Part shown: positions 53,269 to 61,684 of the stretch, in pieces
Layout of the letters: every line of letters starts with the position of its first letter
How positions within the stretch are numbered: position 1 is the first letter of the stretch
Assembly: GCA_000092065.1 (NCBI GenBank)
Contig: CP000592.1
DNA from: Ostreococcus lucimarinus
Lineage: Eukaryota
Direction: 5' to 3' (one strand)
DNA: 64,000 nucleotides
The notes under the pieces: generated by a model
What the model was told of the DNA's origin: nothing
Database searches by the model: none
What the model saw: only the letters and a program-made list of their open reading frames with translations
Translations under genes and position numbers: made by a program

Positions 53269-53299
53269 TCGTCATCGCGCGCACCATCGAGATGGCCAT
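52211..53299 (-). CDS. CYSK: Cysteine synthase / O-acetylserine(thiol)lyase with a Thr-rich N-terminal presequence. A 5'UTR intron is proposed at 53326..53441.
   Basis: PLP-enzyme motifs: [50 protein letters not shown]-terminal poly-Thr is encoded by an (ACG)n tract. Upstream on the minus strand, a GTGCGTGCG donor, a GACGACTGACGAAAG branch and a TCTCGCAG acceptor lie 26 nt before the ATG. Confidence 0.9.
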
Positions 53300-53618
53300 C
53301 GCGGCGTTCGATCCGTGTCGAGGTCCTGCGAGACGATCGCCGAATCGTCGCGGCTTTCGTCAGTCGTCGCTCGCTCGGTGCTCCGCGGTGCGTCGTACGC
53401 GTCGTCCGCGTCGACGATCCGATCGACGTCGCGCACGCACCGTCGCGCGTCGGCGTGTGCGAACGACGGAATCGTCGCGCGAGAGACGCCGACCCGGCGG
53501 CGACCGCGCGCGAGGACGCGCTCAACCCTAGTCTAAGGTTTTCCTTGGAAGGTTTTCTTGCGAATGCGCGGCGGCGCGAAGGGCGCGGCGACCGAGGCGC
53601 GTGACGATGAAAACGGAC

Positions 53619-56600
53619 CTACGAGCGCGGACGCGCGGCGGTGCGAACGCAGATGCGGGTGTGGTCGTCGTACGCGATGACGCGATGGGCGTGGTCGGGG
53701 AGGGGTGGCGAGGCGCGGACGGCGAACTCGGCGACGCGACGACGACGCTCGAGGCGAAGCGCCAAGTACGCGCGCTCGGCGGGGGATTGGCAGTCGGTGT
53801 ACACGACGTGGAGGGATGAGGCCGGGATATCGCGAGCGCGGATGGTTTCGCACGCGTCGGCGGCGGTGAGGAGGCGGGAAATGAGATCCGGGGGGGCGTC
53901 GGGAAGCCTGGCGCGCGCGGACGCCGCGCGAAACGTCGCGCGCTCGGCGACTTGGAGCGAGGCGAAGACGAAATCGTACTCGTCCAGCGTCAACGGCTCG
54001 GTGCGCGCGAAAAAGTGCGAGCACGTGTCGATTGCTGTTTTGATCGATTCGTGCGTCTCCGCCGGTGCTCGCGCTGATGCTTCCTCCGACGACGTGAGCC
54101 ACCACGACGACAAAATAGCCGCCGTCGCCGCGCACGCGCATCGCGCGGCGACGTCGAAGAGCGCGGTGGCTGGGATCGTCTCGAGATAATGCATCGCTTT
54201 CTCGCCCTCAACGATCGGATCAAACAGAGGGTGCTGTTTATGCGCCGGCACGCGCGGCGCGCGCGTCCATAGCTCGAGCCACGTGTTTCCGTCGCGGCGC
54301 ATTCTGTCGCTCAAGCGTCCGCTCGATTCGTCTGTTTGTTCTTCTCCGGCGCCGGAGACGATCCAATCTTTGGGAGAGTGCCAACGCACGAAATCTTCAA
54401 ACACCGCGCGTGGATTCGCGGCTTTGAACGCGGACATATCGGACACGAGCGAATCGCTTTGAATGCGTTGTCGCGCGGCGCGACCCTCGTCGTCGTCTCC
54501 GAACGCTCGAAGCGCCGCTTCGCGCTCCGCCAACGCGTCCTCCGTCATGCACGGTGCTTCTTGCGTGATCGGCGCGCGAATGAACGCATGCGGTGCGTTC
54601 AACAAACGAATTTTCAGTGTCTCTGAGACCCCTTCCGCGCGGCTGTCGTCGCCGTCTTCGGGCGACAAATCTTCCTCGGCGCTCGCGTACTCGTCCGACT
54701 TCGCCGTCGTCGCGCTCTCGCTCCCGCTCATCGCTCTCTCGAGCGCTGCGCTCGAAAGCTCAACGTCGCCACTCAACAGCGCGTTTAAATCTAATTCATC
54801 GTCCACGGGATGACGCATTCTCGTCGACGTCGAGCTCGTGGTTTTGAGCAAACGATCGAACTCGTCACCACGTGGCGAGTCGGCGGATCTCGGCTGCGCG
54901 CCGTCGCTCGCTCGCGTCGACGCGTGCAACTCGGCGTCGCTCTTCGCGTTCCTTCGCGCGATGCATTGATTAAGCATCTGCAATTTTTGGTAAACTATGC
55001 ATGCGCCGTGATCGATGCCTAGAATTTCATCGCGCACGACGCCTGGAACGAGTCGTCCCCGTTCCCAGTATTCGCGTCGCAACTCGCGAGCGAAAGCGTT
55101 CCACGAATGCGCCACCGCGCGCGGATTTTTCAACGAGCAGCACGCGTGAAGGGCGAAACGGGCAAGGATAGAATTGGCAGGCGCCGTTTTGTACGGTTCA
55201 CGAAACGACTCTTGCGTCACCAACGCCGTCGTCGCGAAGGACGTAAAGATATCACGCGTCACCCCTCGAGCCGTTTCGTCGTTCGGTATGTGAGGCGTCT
55301 GGTATCCGCGCTCGACCCAAAACTCCGCGCTCGCCAAAGTCATCGTGTCCAATGCCCCCGTCACATCTTCGACATCTTCTCCACGAATGATCTCCGCGCT
55401 CTCGATGAGCGAGAATATCGCCTCGCTCATCGATGACGTGTCGCTCGAAATGACGGCGTCGTCCTCCTCGCCTCGATCTCGCGCCGCTTGCGTGAGGTCG
55501 CCCCGCAAACGCCAAATCGGCGCGTCTTCGACGTCGAGATCGGAGAATGTGACGCAATCTAAGCGCACATCGAGCCAGAGCGCGTCCACCTCTAACGTCC
55601 GCCACGGATCCTCCGCGTGTACCCATGCAGCCCAAGGACAATCGTCGTCCCACTCGTCGACGCGCAAACCGAAATCGTCGTCGTCGCTCTCGTCTTCAAT
55701 TTCAGACGTCATCGGCGATGTCGTAGCCTTTGCGCGCGTGAACTCGCGCGTGATGCGCGCTGAAACAATCGAACTTTCCAAGGCTTTCGTTTCCGCGTCG
55801 ATATCTGCCGTAGATGGGTTCGAGCGACGCGTCTCGCGAACGCTTCTGTAAAACGCGTTCACGCACCCCGCGAAAGTTCGCGCCGTTACCTCCTCGCGCG
55901 AACTAAAACGCGTGAACCTTGTGACGTCGGTTTCACAAACCGCATCGTCGTTATCATCACCCGCGCACACGTCCGCGGAAAAATCGCGCTCGTAAAAACC
56001 TCGCGGGGTCGCCACCGCCACGGCGCCGCCGACGCGAAGCGCCGACATCGCCAACGCGAACGCGGATCGCACCGTCAGGGCCTCGTCCTCGTCCACGAAC
56101 TGCCCCGCCCCGCTCGCGCTCATCGGACGGACTAAAATCACGCACGCACAATCGAAAAACGTGACGTAATCGAACCCATCCACCGTTCGTTTCCTCGCGT
56201 CGTACTCGGACGAAGCGCGCGCTCCGTCGCGTCCGGCGTCGCGCGCGAGCTCGAGCAAACTCTTCCCTCGCAGCGTCTCCCACGCGCGTCCGCGTCTGAG
56301 CCGTTCGACATCAACGTACATCTCGCACCCGTACGCCTCTTTCCGCCAGTGCAAGCCGTGTTCGCGAAACTCGCGTCGAAACGCCGCCGCCGCGCTCGCG
56401 CGCGTCGAAACCGTCGCCGCGTCCTCGTCCAACCACTCCCGCAGCGTCGTCTCCGCGTCCCGCGCCAGCGTCTCGAACGGCGTCGCGCACGAGTAATCCT
56501 CGTGCGCGACGACGCGACCGTCGTCCGAGCCATCGTCGTCGTCGCGCGGCGCGTCGTCGTCGTCGCGCGCGCGTCCCTCGCGCAAAGTCTCGCGCGCATC

Positions 56601-56681
56601 CTTCGAGCGTCGCGTCGCGTCGTCGACGTTCGCGCGTCGCGCGTCGACGTCGACGCCGGTCGCGCGCGCGTCGCTCGCCAT
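53619..56681 (-). CDS. Large conserved protein, probably a Rab3 GTPase-activating protein catalytic-subunit (RAB3GAP1) homolog
   Basis: ATG at 56681. Motifs recalled from RAB3GAP1: N-terminal FDYVTFF...LTVRSAFALAMSALRVGGAVAVATP (cf. LLLSSxxIALGNTGCQVP) and MSAFKAANPRAVFEDFVRWHSPKDW (cf. FKAANPGC.LEDFVRW.SP.DW). The antisense ORFs are low-complexity. Confidence 0.45.
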   Translation of the reverse strand: MASDARATGVDVDARRANVDDATRRSKDARETLREGRARDDDDAPRDDDDGSDDGRVVAHEDYSCATPFETLARDAETTLREWLDEDAATVSTRASAAAAFRREFREHGLHWRKEAYGCEMYVDVERLRRGRAWETLRGKSLLELARDAGRDGARASSEYDARKRTVDGFDYVTFFDCACVILVRPMSASGAGQFVDEDEALTVRSAFALAMSALRVGGAVAVATPRGFYERDFSADVCAGDDNDDAVCETDVTRFTRFSSREEVTARTFAGCVNAFYRSVRETRRSNPSTADIDAETKALESSIVSARITREFTRAKATTSPMTSEIEDESDDDDFGLRVDEWDDDCPWAAWVHAEDPWRTLEVDALWLDVRLDCVTFSDLDVEDAPIWRLRGDLTQAARDRGEEDDAVISSDTSSMSEAIFSLIESAEIIRGEDVEDVTGALDTMTLASAEFWVERGYQTPHIPNDETARGVTRDIFTSFATTALVTQESFREPYKTAPANSILARFALHACCSLKNPRAVAHSWNAFARELRREYWERGRLVPGVVRDEILGIDHGACIVYQKLQMLNQCIARRNAKSDAELHASTRASDGAQPRSADSPRGDEFDRLLKTTSSTSTRMRHPVDDELDLNALLSGDVELSSAALERAMSGSESATTAKSDEYASAEEDLSPEDGDDSRAEGVSETLKIRLLNAPHAFIRAPITQEAPCMTEDALAEREAALRAFGDDDEGRAARQRIQSDSLVSDMSAFKAANPRAVFEDFVRWHSPKDWIVSGAGEEQTDESSGRLSDRMRRDGNTWLELWTRAPRVPAHKQHPLFDPIVEGEKAMHYLETIPATALFDVAARCACAATAAILSSWWLTSSEEASARAPAETHESIKTAIDTCSHFFARTEPLTLDEYDFVFASLQVAERATFRAASARARLPDAPPDLISRLLTAADACETIRARDIPASSLHVVYTDCQSPAERAYLALRLERRRRVAEFAVRASPPLPDHAHRVIAYDDHTRICVRTAARPRS

Positions 56682-56767
56682 CGCGCGCCGCGCCGCGCGC
56701 GCGGACGCGCGACGCGACGTCGCGCGCGACGGCGTGACGATTTGTGTCGCGTCACTCGCCGTCGCGC

Positions 56768-57268
56768 ATGCGCGGCGTCGTCGCCGCCCTCCTGGACCGC
56801 GTCCCGGACCGCGTCCCGCGAACGCACGCGCGCTTTTTCGACGTCGCGAACGCGTGCGCGTGCGCGGCGTGGATCGTCCTCGCGCGCGACGCGCTGCGCG
56901 AGAAGAGATCGGCGCGCGCGAGACGTTTCGTCGTCGACGGCGCGGTCGCGACGCTGTGCGCGGCGTACGCGTGGTTGCTCGTCGCGTGCGTCGCGAAGGG
57001 AGTCGACGCGCGCGCGTCGTTCGGCTCGCTCGCGGGCGTGCGCGCGCTGTTCGAGCGCGACGACGCGTTGCTCGCGGGGTGGTTGCACTTTTTAGCCTTT
57101 GACGCGCGCGTGGCGGATTGGTTGATTGACGAAGAACGCGCGCGGGGGGTGCCGCGAATGTGCACGGCGTGCGTCACGCTGCCGTTGACGTTCGCGTGCG
57201 GGCCCGTGGGGTACGCGTGGAGCGCGTGCGCGCGAAAAGTGTTGGCGCGCGAAACGCGAAGACGATGA
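56768..57268 (+). CDS. ABA4-like (DUF4281) small membrane protein. The track ORF starts at GTG 56744; the first ATG is at 56768.
   Basis: Four TM segments. LAGWLHFLAFDARVADWLIDEERARGVP matches the DUF4281/ABA4 signature (WLHYLAFDLFVGRWI). Confidence 0.45.
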   Translation: MRGVVAALLDRVPDRVPRTHARFFDVANACACAAWIVLARDALREKRSARARRFVVDGAVATLCAAYAWLLVACVAKGVDARASFGSLAGVRALFERDDALLAGWLHFLAFDARVADWLIDEERARGVPRMCTACVTLPLTFACGPVGYAWSACARKVLARETRRR

Positions 57269-58068
57269 CGGCGCGCGCGAGCGCGCTCGGCGCGGCGTAC
57301 GCGTGCGCGGCGGCGCTTTGCGGGATGATGATCGTGTGGATCGCGCGCGCGCCGGGGAGCTGCGCGCCGGCGTACCTGAGCGCGATGAAGGATGCGTCGT
57401 TTCGCGAGGCGAGCGACCGCGCGGTGCCGAGAACGTTGTTGACAAAGTATCAGACGAATTTCGCGGTGTGCGCGACGCACGTGCTGCCGGCGAGCGCGTG
57501 GTGCGCGATCGCGCCGTTTCAAATTCACCCGACGGCGCGAAAGCGGTTTCCGAAGGCACACCGAATCGCGGGGCGAGTGTTCTTCGCGTTGTCGGCGGCG
57601 ATGACGTACGGGTACGGCGTCATTCACGCGCGAGATTTACACTTTCACGCGAACGATTTCCCATCGCTCAAACGCGAGGAATGCGTGTCATTTTGGTTTG
57701 ATTACGGCAAGATTCCAGGATTGTCGTTCGTGCGCATCGAGCATCTCGGTGCGGCGTGGTTCGCGTTCACCGCGTGCGCGGCGTACGCCGCCGTCGCGTT
57801 TCCGCCGCGAAATTTCGCCGCGCACCGCGCGTGGACGTGGCGTCACGTCGCCGCCGGTCTCTCCGTCGCCCTCCAGCGCGTCTTCATCGCGCTCCACCAC
57901 GTCTACTTCAACGCCGCGCACGGATTCGGCCACGCCCACGGCGTGCCAGAGCTCCAGAAGCCCATCTTCGCGGACTCTTTAATCTTCGGCGTCGTCGTCG
58001 CCGTCGTCGCGTGCGAATCGTGCGTCGCGCTCGCGCGTCCGCCGCGCGACCGGGCGAAAAAGTCTTGA
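57265..58068 (+). CDS. Multi-pass membrane protein, DUF2306-like. It overlaps the stop of the upstream ORF by ATGA.
   Basis: ATG 57265 is embedded in the stop of the 56768..57268 ORF, in a different frame. Motifs: AHRIAGRVFFALSAAMTYGYGV (HRxxGRxY-type), His-rich ALHHVYFNAAHGFGHAHG, 5-6 TM helices. Confidence 0.4.
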   Translation: MTARASALGAAYACAAALCGMMIVWIARAPGSCAPAYLSAMKDASFREASDRAVPRTLLTKYQTNFAVCATHVLPASAWCAIAPFQIHPTARKRFPKAHRIAGRVFFALSAAMTYGYGVIHARDLHFHANDFPSLKREECVSFWFDYGKIPGLSFVRIEHLGAAWFAFTACAAYAAVAFPPRNFAAHRAWTWRHVAAGLSVALQRVFIALHHVYFNAAHGFGHAHGVPELQKPIFADSLIFGVVVAVVACESCVALARPPRDRAKKS

Positions 58069-58190
58069 CGCGTGTATCACGATTACGAAAAAGTCTTGAC
58101 GCGTAAACATTACGATGACGATGACGATACGATTACGAAAAAGTCTTGACGCGTAAACATTACGATGACGATTACGATGACGTTCGCGAC
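58057..58190. repeat. AT-rich minisatellite, about three copies of a ~44-bp unit (ACGATTACGAAAAAGTCTTGACGCGTAAACATTACGATGACGAT)
   Basis: Direct tandem copies are visible at 58057-58105, 58106-58149 and 58150-58190, in the intergenic/3'UTR space between the convergent genes ending at 58068 (+) and 58269 (-). Confidence 0.7.
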
Positions 58191-58268
58191 GCGCGCGCGT
58201 CCGCGCGTCCGCGCTCGAACTCGAATCCGAGGCGGACGTCCAACCTCCGCGGTGCCCGGTGCCCGGTT

Positions 58269-58553
58269 TCACGTCCCCGACGATTTCCCGACGCACCAGC
58301 ACGCCGACGCCGCGACCGCCATCGCCGCGCTTTTGAGCGCCGAGACCGCCGACATCGTCGCCCCCCACGACTGCAACAGCGCGAACGCGCCGCCCGCCGG
58401 TACGAGGCCGCCGTAGAACGCGGACTGCGCCGTCGCCGCGAGCGATCCCGCGGCGACGCCCGCCTGCGTGAATCCCACGAGCGCGAGCGCGGATTTCAAC
58501 GCCGCGCCGGCGCTCGCGGCACCGACGGCGACGGCGATGAGCGCGTGTAACAT
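58269..58553 (-). CDS. Small Gly/Ala-rich membrane protein, Ifi-6-16 (IFI6/IFI27/ISG12)-family-like. The ORF extends to 58691.
   Basis: MLHALIAVAVGAASAGAALKSALALVGFTQAGVAAGSLAATAQSAFYGGLVPAGGAFALLQSWGA resembles the AGFTSAGIAAGSxAA...GGxVAAGSLVATLQSxGA core of the Ifi-6-16 family. Confidence 0.4.
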   Translation of the reverse strand: MLHALIAVAVGAASAGAALKSALALVGFTQAGVAAGSLAATAQSAFYGGLVPAGGAFALLQSWGATMSAVSALKSAAMAVAASACWCVGKSSGT

Positions 58554-58770
58554 CGAGCGATCGCACGCGAGGCGCGCCTTCCGTGAAATCGTCGCGCGCG
58601 CGCGTCTTCCGTAAAACCGTCGTCGCTCGCGTCGCGCGCGCCGATCTCGCGACGCGGGCGACAAAAATTCACCCCCGATTGGCGACATCAAAAATCACCC
58701 CCGATTGGCGACATCGCGACGGCCCCGCGCGGTGCTCGACCTCGCCCGCGCACTCGTCGACGCTCGGCCC

Positions 58771-59079
58771 ATGCCCGTGCGCATACGCCTCGCGCGCGTC
58801 GGCGCGAGGAACGCGCCGCGCTACCGCGTCTTCGTCGCGGACTCGCGCGCGCCCAGAGACGGGAAACACATCGAAATCGTCGGACACTACGACCCGATCG
58901 CGCAGAGGGATGGACACAAGCACGTCGGGTTGAACATTGAACGCATCAAGTATTGGTTGTCCGTCGGCGCGCAGCCGAGCGAGACGGTGGCGAGGTTGTT
59001 AGGGCAAGCGGGCGTGATTCCAGCGCTGCCGAGGCGAGGCAGCGCGGCGTCGAGAGGGTTCGCGGCGAGCGGAGGGTGA
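58771..59079 (+). CDS. RPS16: Organellar (bacterial-type) ribosomal protein S16
   Basis: The track ORF starts at TTG 58705; the first ATG at 58771 gives [44 protein letters not shown]...[21 protein letters not shown], collinear with bS16. Confidence 0.75.
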   Translation: MPVRIRLARVGARNAPRYRVFVADSRAPRDGKHIEIVGHYDPIAQRDGHKHVGLNIERIKYWLSVGAQPSETVARLLGQAGVIPALPRRGSAASRGFAASGG

Positions 59080-59220
59080 CGCGCGAACCGCGGAGAGACG
59101 CGAAGACGAGACGTAGCTCGGTAGACGGAGTAGAATCATAGACGCTAGAGAAGTGACGAAACATGAAAATATCTTCACAAAATCATCAGCGAGCGCTAGG
59201 GGTGTGCGCGCGTTCGCTCG

Positions 59221-61500
59221 CTACGACGGCGGCGCGCCGCCGGTGTCGTGCGCGACGCGAAGGCGAGTCTCGAGTCGCTCGGCGTCCTCGCCGCACGTGT
59301 CGAGCAAAGCGTCGCCGTTGAACACCTTGGTGGTGGCGACGACGAAATTGCATCCGCATTCCTTGGTCTTGGCTAAGTGACGCAGGCACGCGATCTCGGC
59401 GTGGGTGACGCCGCCGATGAAGAAAACGAGAACGGTGGGTTTAGGCCAGAGCTCATCCTTGCCGTCGAGCGGGGCGGCTTTCTCGCGACGCTTGTTGAAC
59501 TCGCGATAACTCGCCTTGGTGTTCGTCGCGCGTCCATAGTCGTTCTCCGTCTGCGTGTACTCGAACGTGTCTCCGGGTAAATGCTTCAGCACGTCCTCTC
59601 CGGTGTTGTTCGGGGCGATGGTCTTCCACGGCCCTCGCGTCGCCGCCTCGGCGATGCGACAGCTGAGCGGCGCGTAGCCCGACGAAGAGTAGGCAAACGT
59701 GATGTCTTTCGGCTCTTCGGAGCCATCGACACCGTCGGCGACGAGTTTGAGTGGCTTTCGCACCTGAGCGAAACCTCTCGGCCGTTTCTTCGCCGCTTCA
59801 CGATCGACAAACAAAGCCGCGGTTTCGAGCGCGAGGAGCTTGAGCATAATCTCCGGTCCAAACGCGTTGAACATGTCGGAGAATAGCTTTTCGTGTACTT
59901 TCGGCGGAAATCCGTTGAAACATATGCACGCGAGCACGATCATGCGTAAACACGGCACGGCTTCGTCGCCGCGGTAAATCATCGTCTCGATGTGCTCGAT
60001 GACTTTCTTCAAATCTTCCCCTTCCACGCACAAACGCTCGCACTCGAGGCGGTCTTGGAACCAAATCTTCTTCGTGCAGTCGATCAAGTACTTGGCGAGC
60101 GTGGCGTGCAAATCTAAGCCCGTGCCCCCGATGTTGGCTTTAATCTTCTTCACGAAATCGCCGATTTCGCTCACGTGTTGATCCTCGACGTTGGACCCCT
60201 TAATCGCGGCGTAATCCTCCTTAATCGCCGTCGCGAGGTCGCGAATGACGTTGCACGCTCGCCCAAAGTTCAAATCGCGAATTTCATCAAACAACTTGTC
60301 GGTGTTGTTGAGTTTTGGCCGCATCGCGATCTCGCCAGCCTTGTGCGCTCGCGCGCGAACGGGCATCTTGCCTCGTTGCTCCTCCGGCAGATTCGCTTCC
60401 GCCTCTCTCGCCTTTCTTTCCCTCGTCTCCTCGTCTTCAAACGCGCGTTTGGGAATCGCTACCGCGCCTTTTTCGATGCCTAAAATCTCATCGATCAACC
60501 CCTCGTACGTGAGCTGCGTGCACAGCGGGGTCACCATGTCCACGTCTCGATCGATCAAAACTATCATATCTATCAGAGAATCTCCATCAACGCCCGGTTC
60601 GACGTGCTCGGGTTCGTCGTCCGCCTGTCCGCCGAGACGAAGCTCGAGCATCAACTGCGCGACTTTGTGCGCGATTTCGCCCTTTCCCTTGACGACGTGC
60701 GCGAGGCCGGTGACGTCGCGCTGAAGCTTGTGCAACGCCGCGGCGACGTAATACGTGCACGCGTGCCACTCCTCGGTGACGATTTCGCTGTAGCACTCCG
60801 GATACTCGAGCGTGAAAACGTCCGGTTCCACGGGAATCAAGTGCGCGTCGCACGACGTCATCTCCACGTATTCGAGCGCGTGCAACTCTCGCAGCGCGTC
60901 TTCGCACATCGCCGTCGCGCGCGGCACGCACACGACGCACATCTTCGGCAGCGGCGGCACTTCTGAAAACGCATCCATCGCCGCGTCACCGCTCGCCCGG
61001 TCCCTACTCGCGCTCTCGCTCTTCCCCATCGCCCCGCTCGCGACGCGCGTCAACAGACTCGCCGCCGCGTCTCTCGCGCTCGTTTTCGTTCGGTTCGCGT
61101 TCGCCGCTCTTCGCGCGCGCTCGCGCAGCGCGCGCTCCCGGCGATCTCGCACCCCCCGGACGTGCTCCGCGATCGTCACCATCGCGCTCAACTGCGGACG
61201 CACCGCGAACGCGACCGCGTCCGCGTCGTCCTCCGCCGGCAGCTCGCCCCGCGGCTCCAACGCGTAAAACCTCCGCACGCGCGCCTCGTCTCGCAATCGC
61301 CGCGCGACGTCCCGCGTGCACCGCACGAGTCCATTCGCGACGGCGCCGTCCATCGCCAGCGCGACGGCGCCGTCGCCGCCGCGCCTCGACAGCGACGCGA
61401 TCGCCGTCACCAGGGCGTCGCGATTGCGCGCGTCGAGCGTCGACGCGATGGCGCTCGCGGAGAGCTCGGACAGCACGCGCGTCGACGCGTGAGACGTCAT
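59221..61500 (-). CDS. VPS33: Sec1/Munc18-family protein, VPS33-like. The ORF extends to 62214, but that part is antisense to RRP6 and low-complexity; the start is ATG 61500.
   Basis: N-terminus ...LVRCTRDVARRLRDEARVRRFYALEPRGELP...AVAFAVRPQLSAMVTIAEHV parallels the VPS33 N-terminus (FFVRPRLELMDIIAENV). C-terminus PTVLVFFIGGVTHAEIACLRHLAK is the Sec1-family hallmark. Confidence 0.7.
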   Translation of the reverse strand: MTSHASTRVLSELSASAIASTLDARNRDALVTAIASLSRRGGDGAVALAMDGAVANGLVRCTRDVARRLRDEARVRRFYALEPRGELPAEDDADAVAFAVRPQLSAMVTIAEHVRGVRDRRERALRERARRAANANRTKTSARDAAASLLTRVASGAMGKSESASRDRASGDAAMDAFSEVPPLPKMCVVCVPRATAMCEDALRELHALEYVEMTSCDAHLIPVEPDVFTLEYPECYSEIVTEEWHACTYYVAAALHKLQRDVTGLAHVVKGKGEIAHKVAQLMLELRLGGQADDEPEHVEPGVDGDSLIDMIVLIDRDVDMVTPLCTQLTYEGLIDEILGIEKGAVAIPKRAFEDEETRERKAREAEANLPEEQRGKMPVRARAHKAGEIAMRPKLNNTDKLFDEIRDLNFGRACNVIRDLATAIKEDYAAIKGSNVEDQHVSEIGDFVKKIKANIGGTGLDLHATLAKYLIDCTKKIWFQDRLECERLCVEGEDLKKVIEHIETMIYRGDEAVPCLRMIVLACICFNGFPPKVHEKLFSDMFNAFGPEIMLKLLALETAALFVDREAAKKRPRGFAQVRKPLKLVADGVDGSEEPKDITFAYSSSGYAPLSCRIAEAATRGPWKTIAPNNTGEDVLKHLPGDTFEYTQTENDYGRATNTKASYREFNKRREKAAPLDGKDELWPKPTVLVFFIGGVTHAEIACLRHLAKTKECGCNFVVATTKVFNGDALLDTCGEDAERLETRLRVAHDTGGAPPS

Positions 61501-61684
61501 CGCGCGCGCGCTCGACGACGGTCCGCGCGCGCGCGCGTCGCGATGCCGTCGCGAGTGATGACGGGCGGCGGCGCGCGGTCGCGCGACGGCACTCGTCGCC
61601 GCGCGCGCGCGTCGATCGCGTCGATCGCGGCGACGCGCGCGACGATCGATCCGCGTCCCGAACGCGCGCGCGTCGCGGCCGCCG

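Noticed and set aside
58554-58691. N-terminal 46 codons ([46 protein letters not shown]) of the Ifi-6-16-like ORF
   Set aside because: It is Arg-rich low complexity unlike the hydrophobic core. It may be a presequence, but it equally may be a spurious upstream extension, so the CDS is called from the internal ATG.
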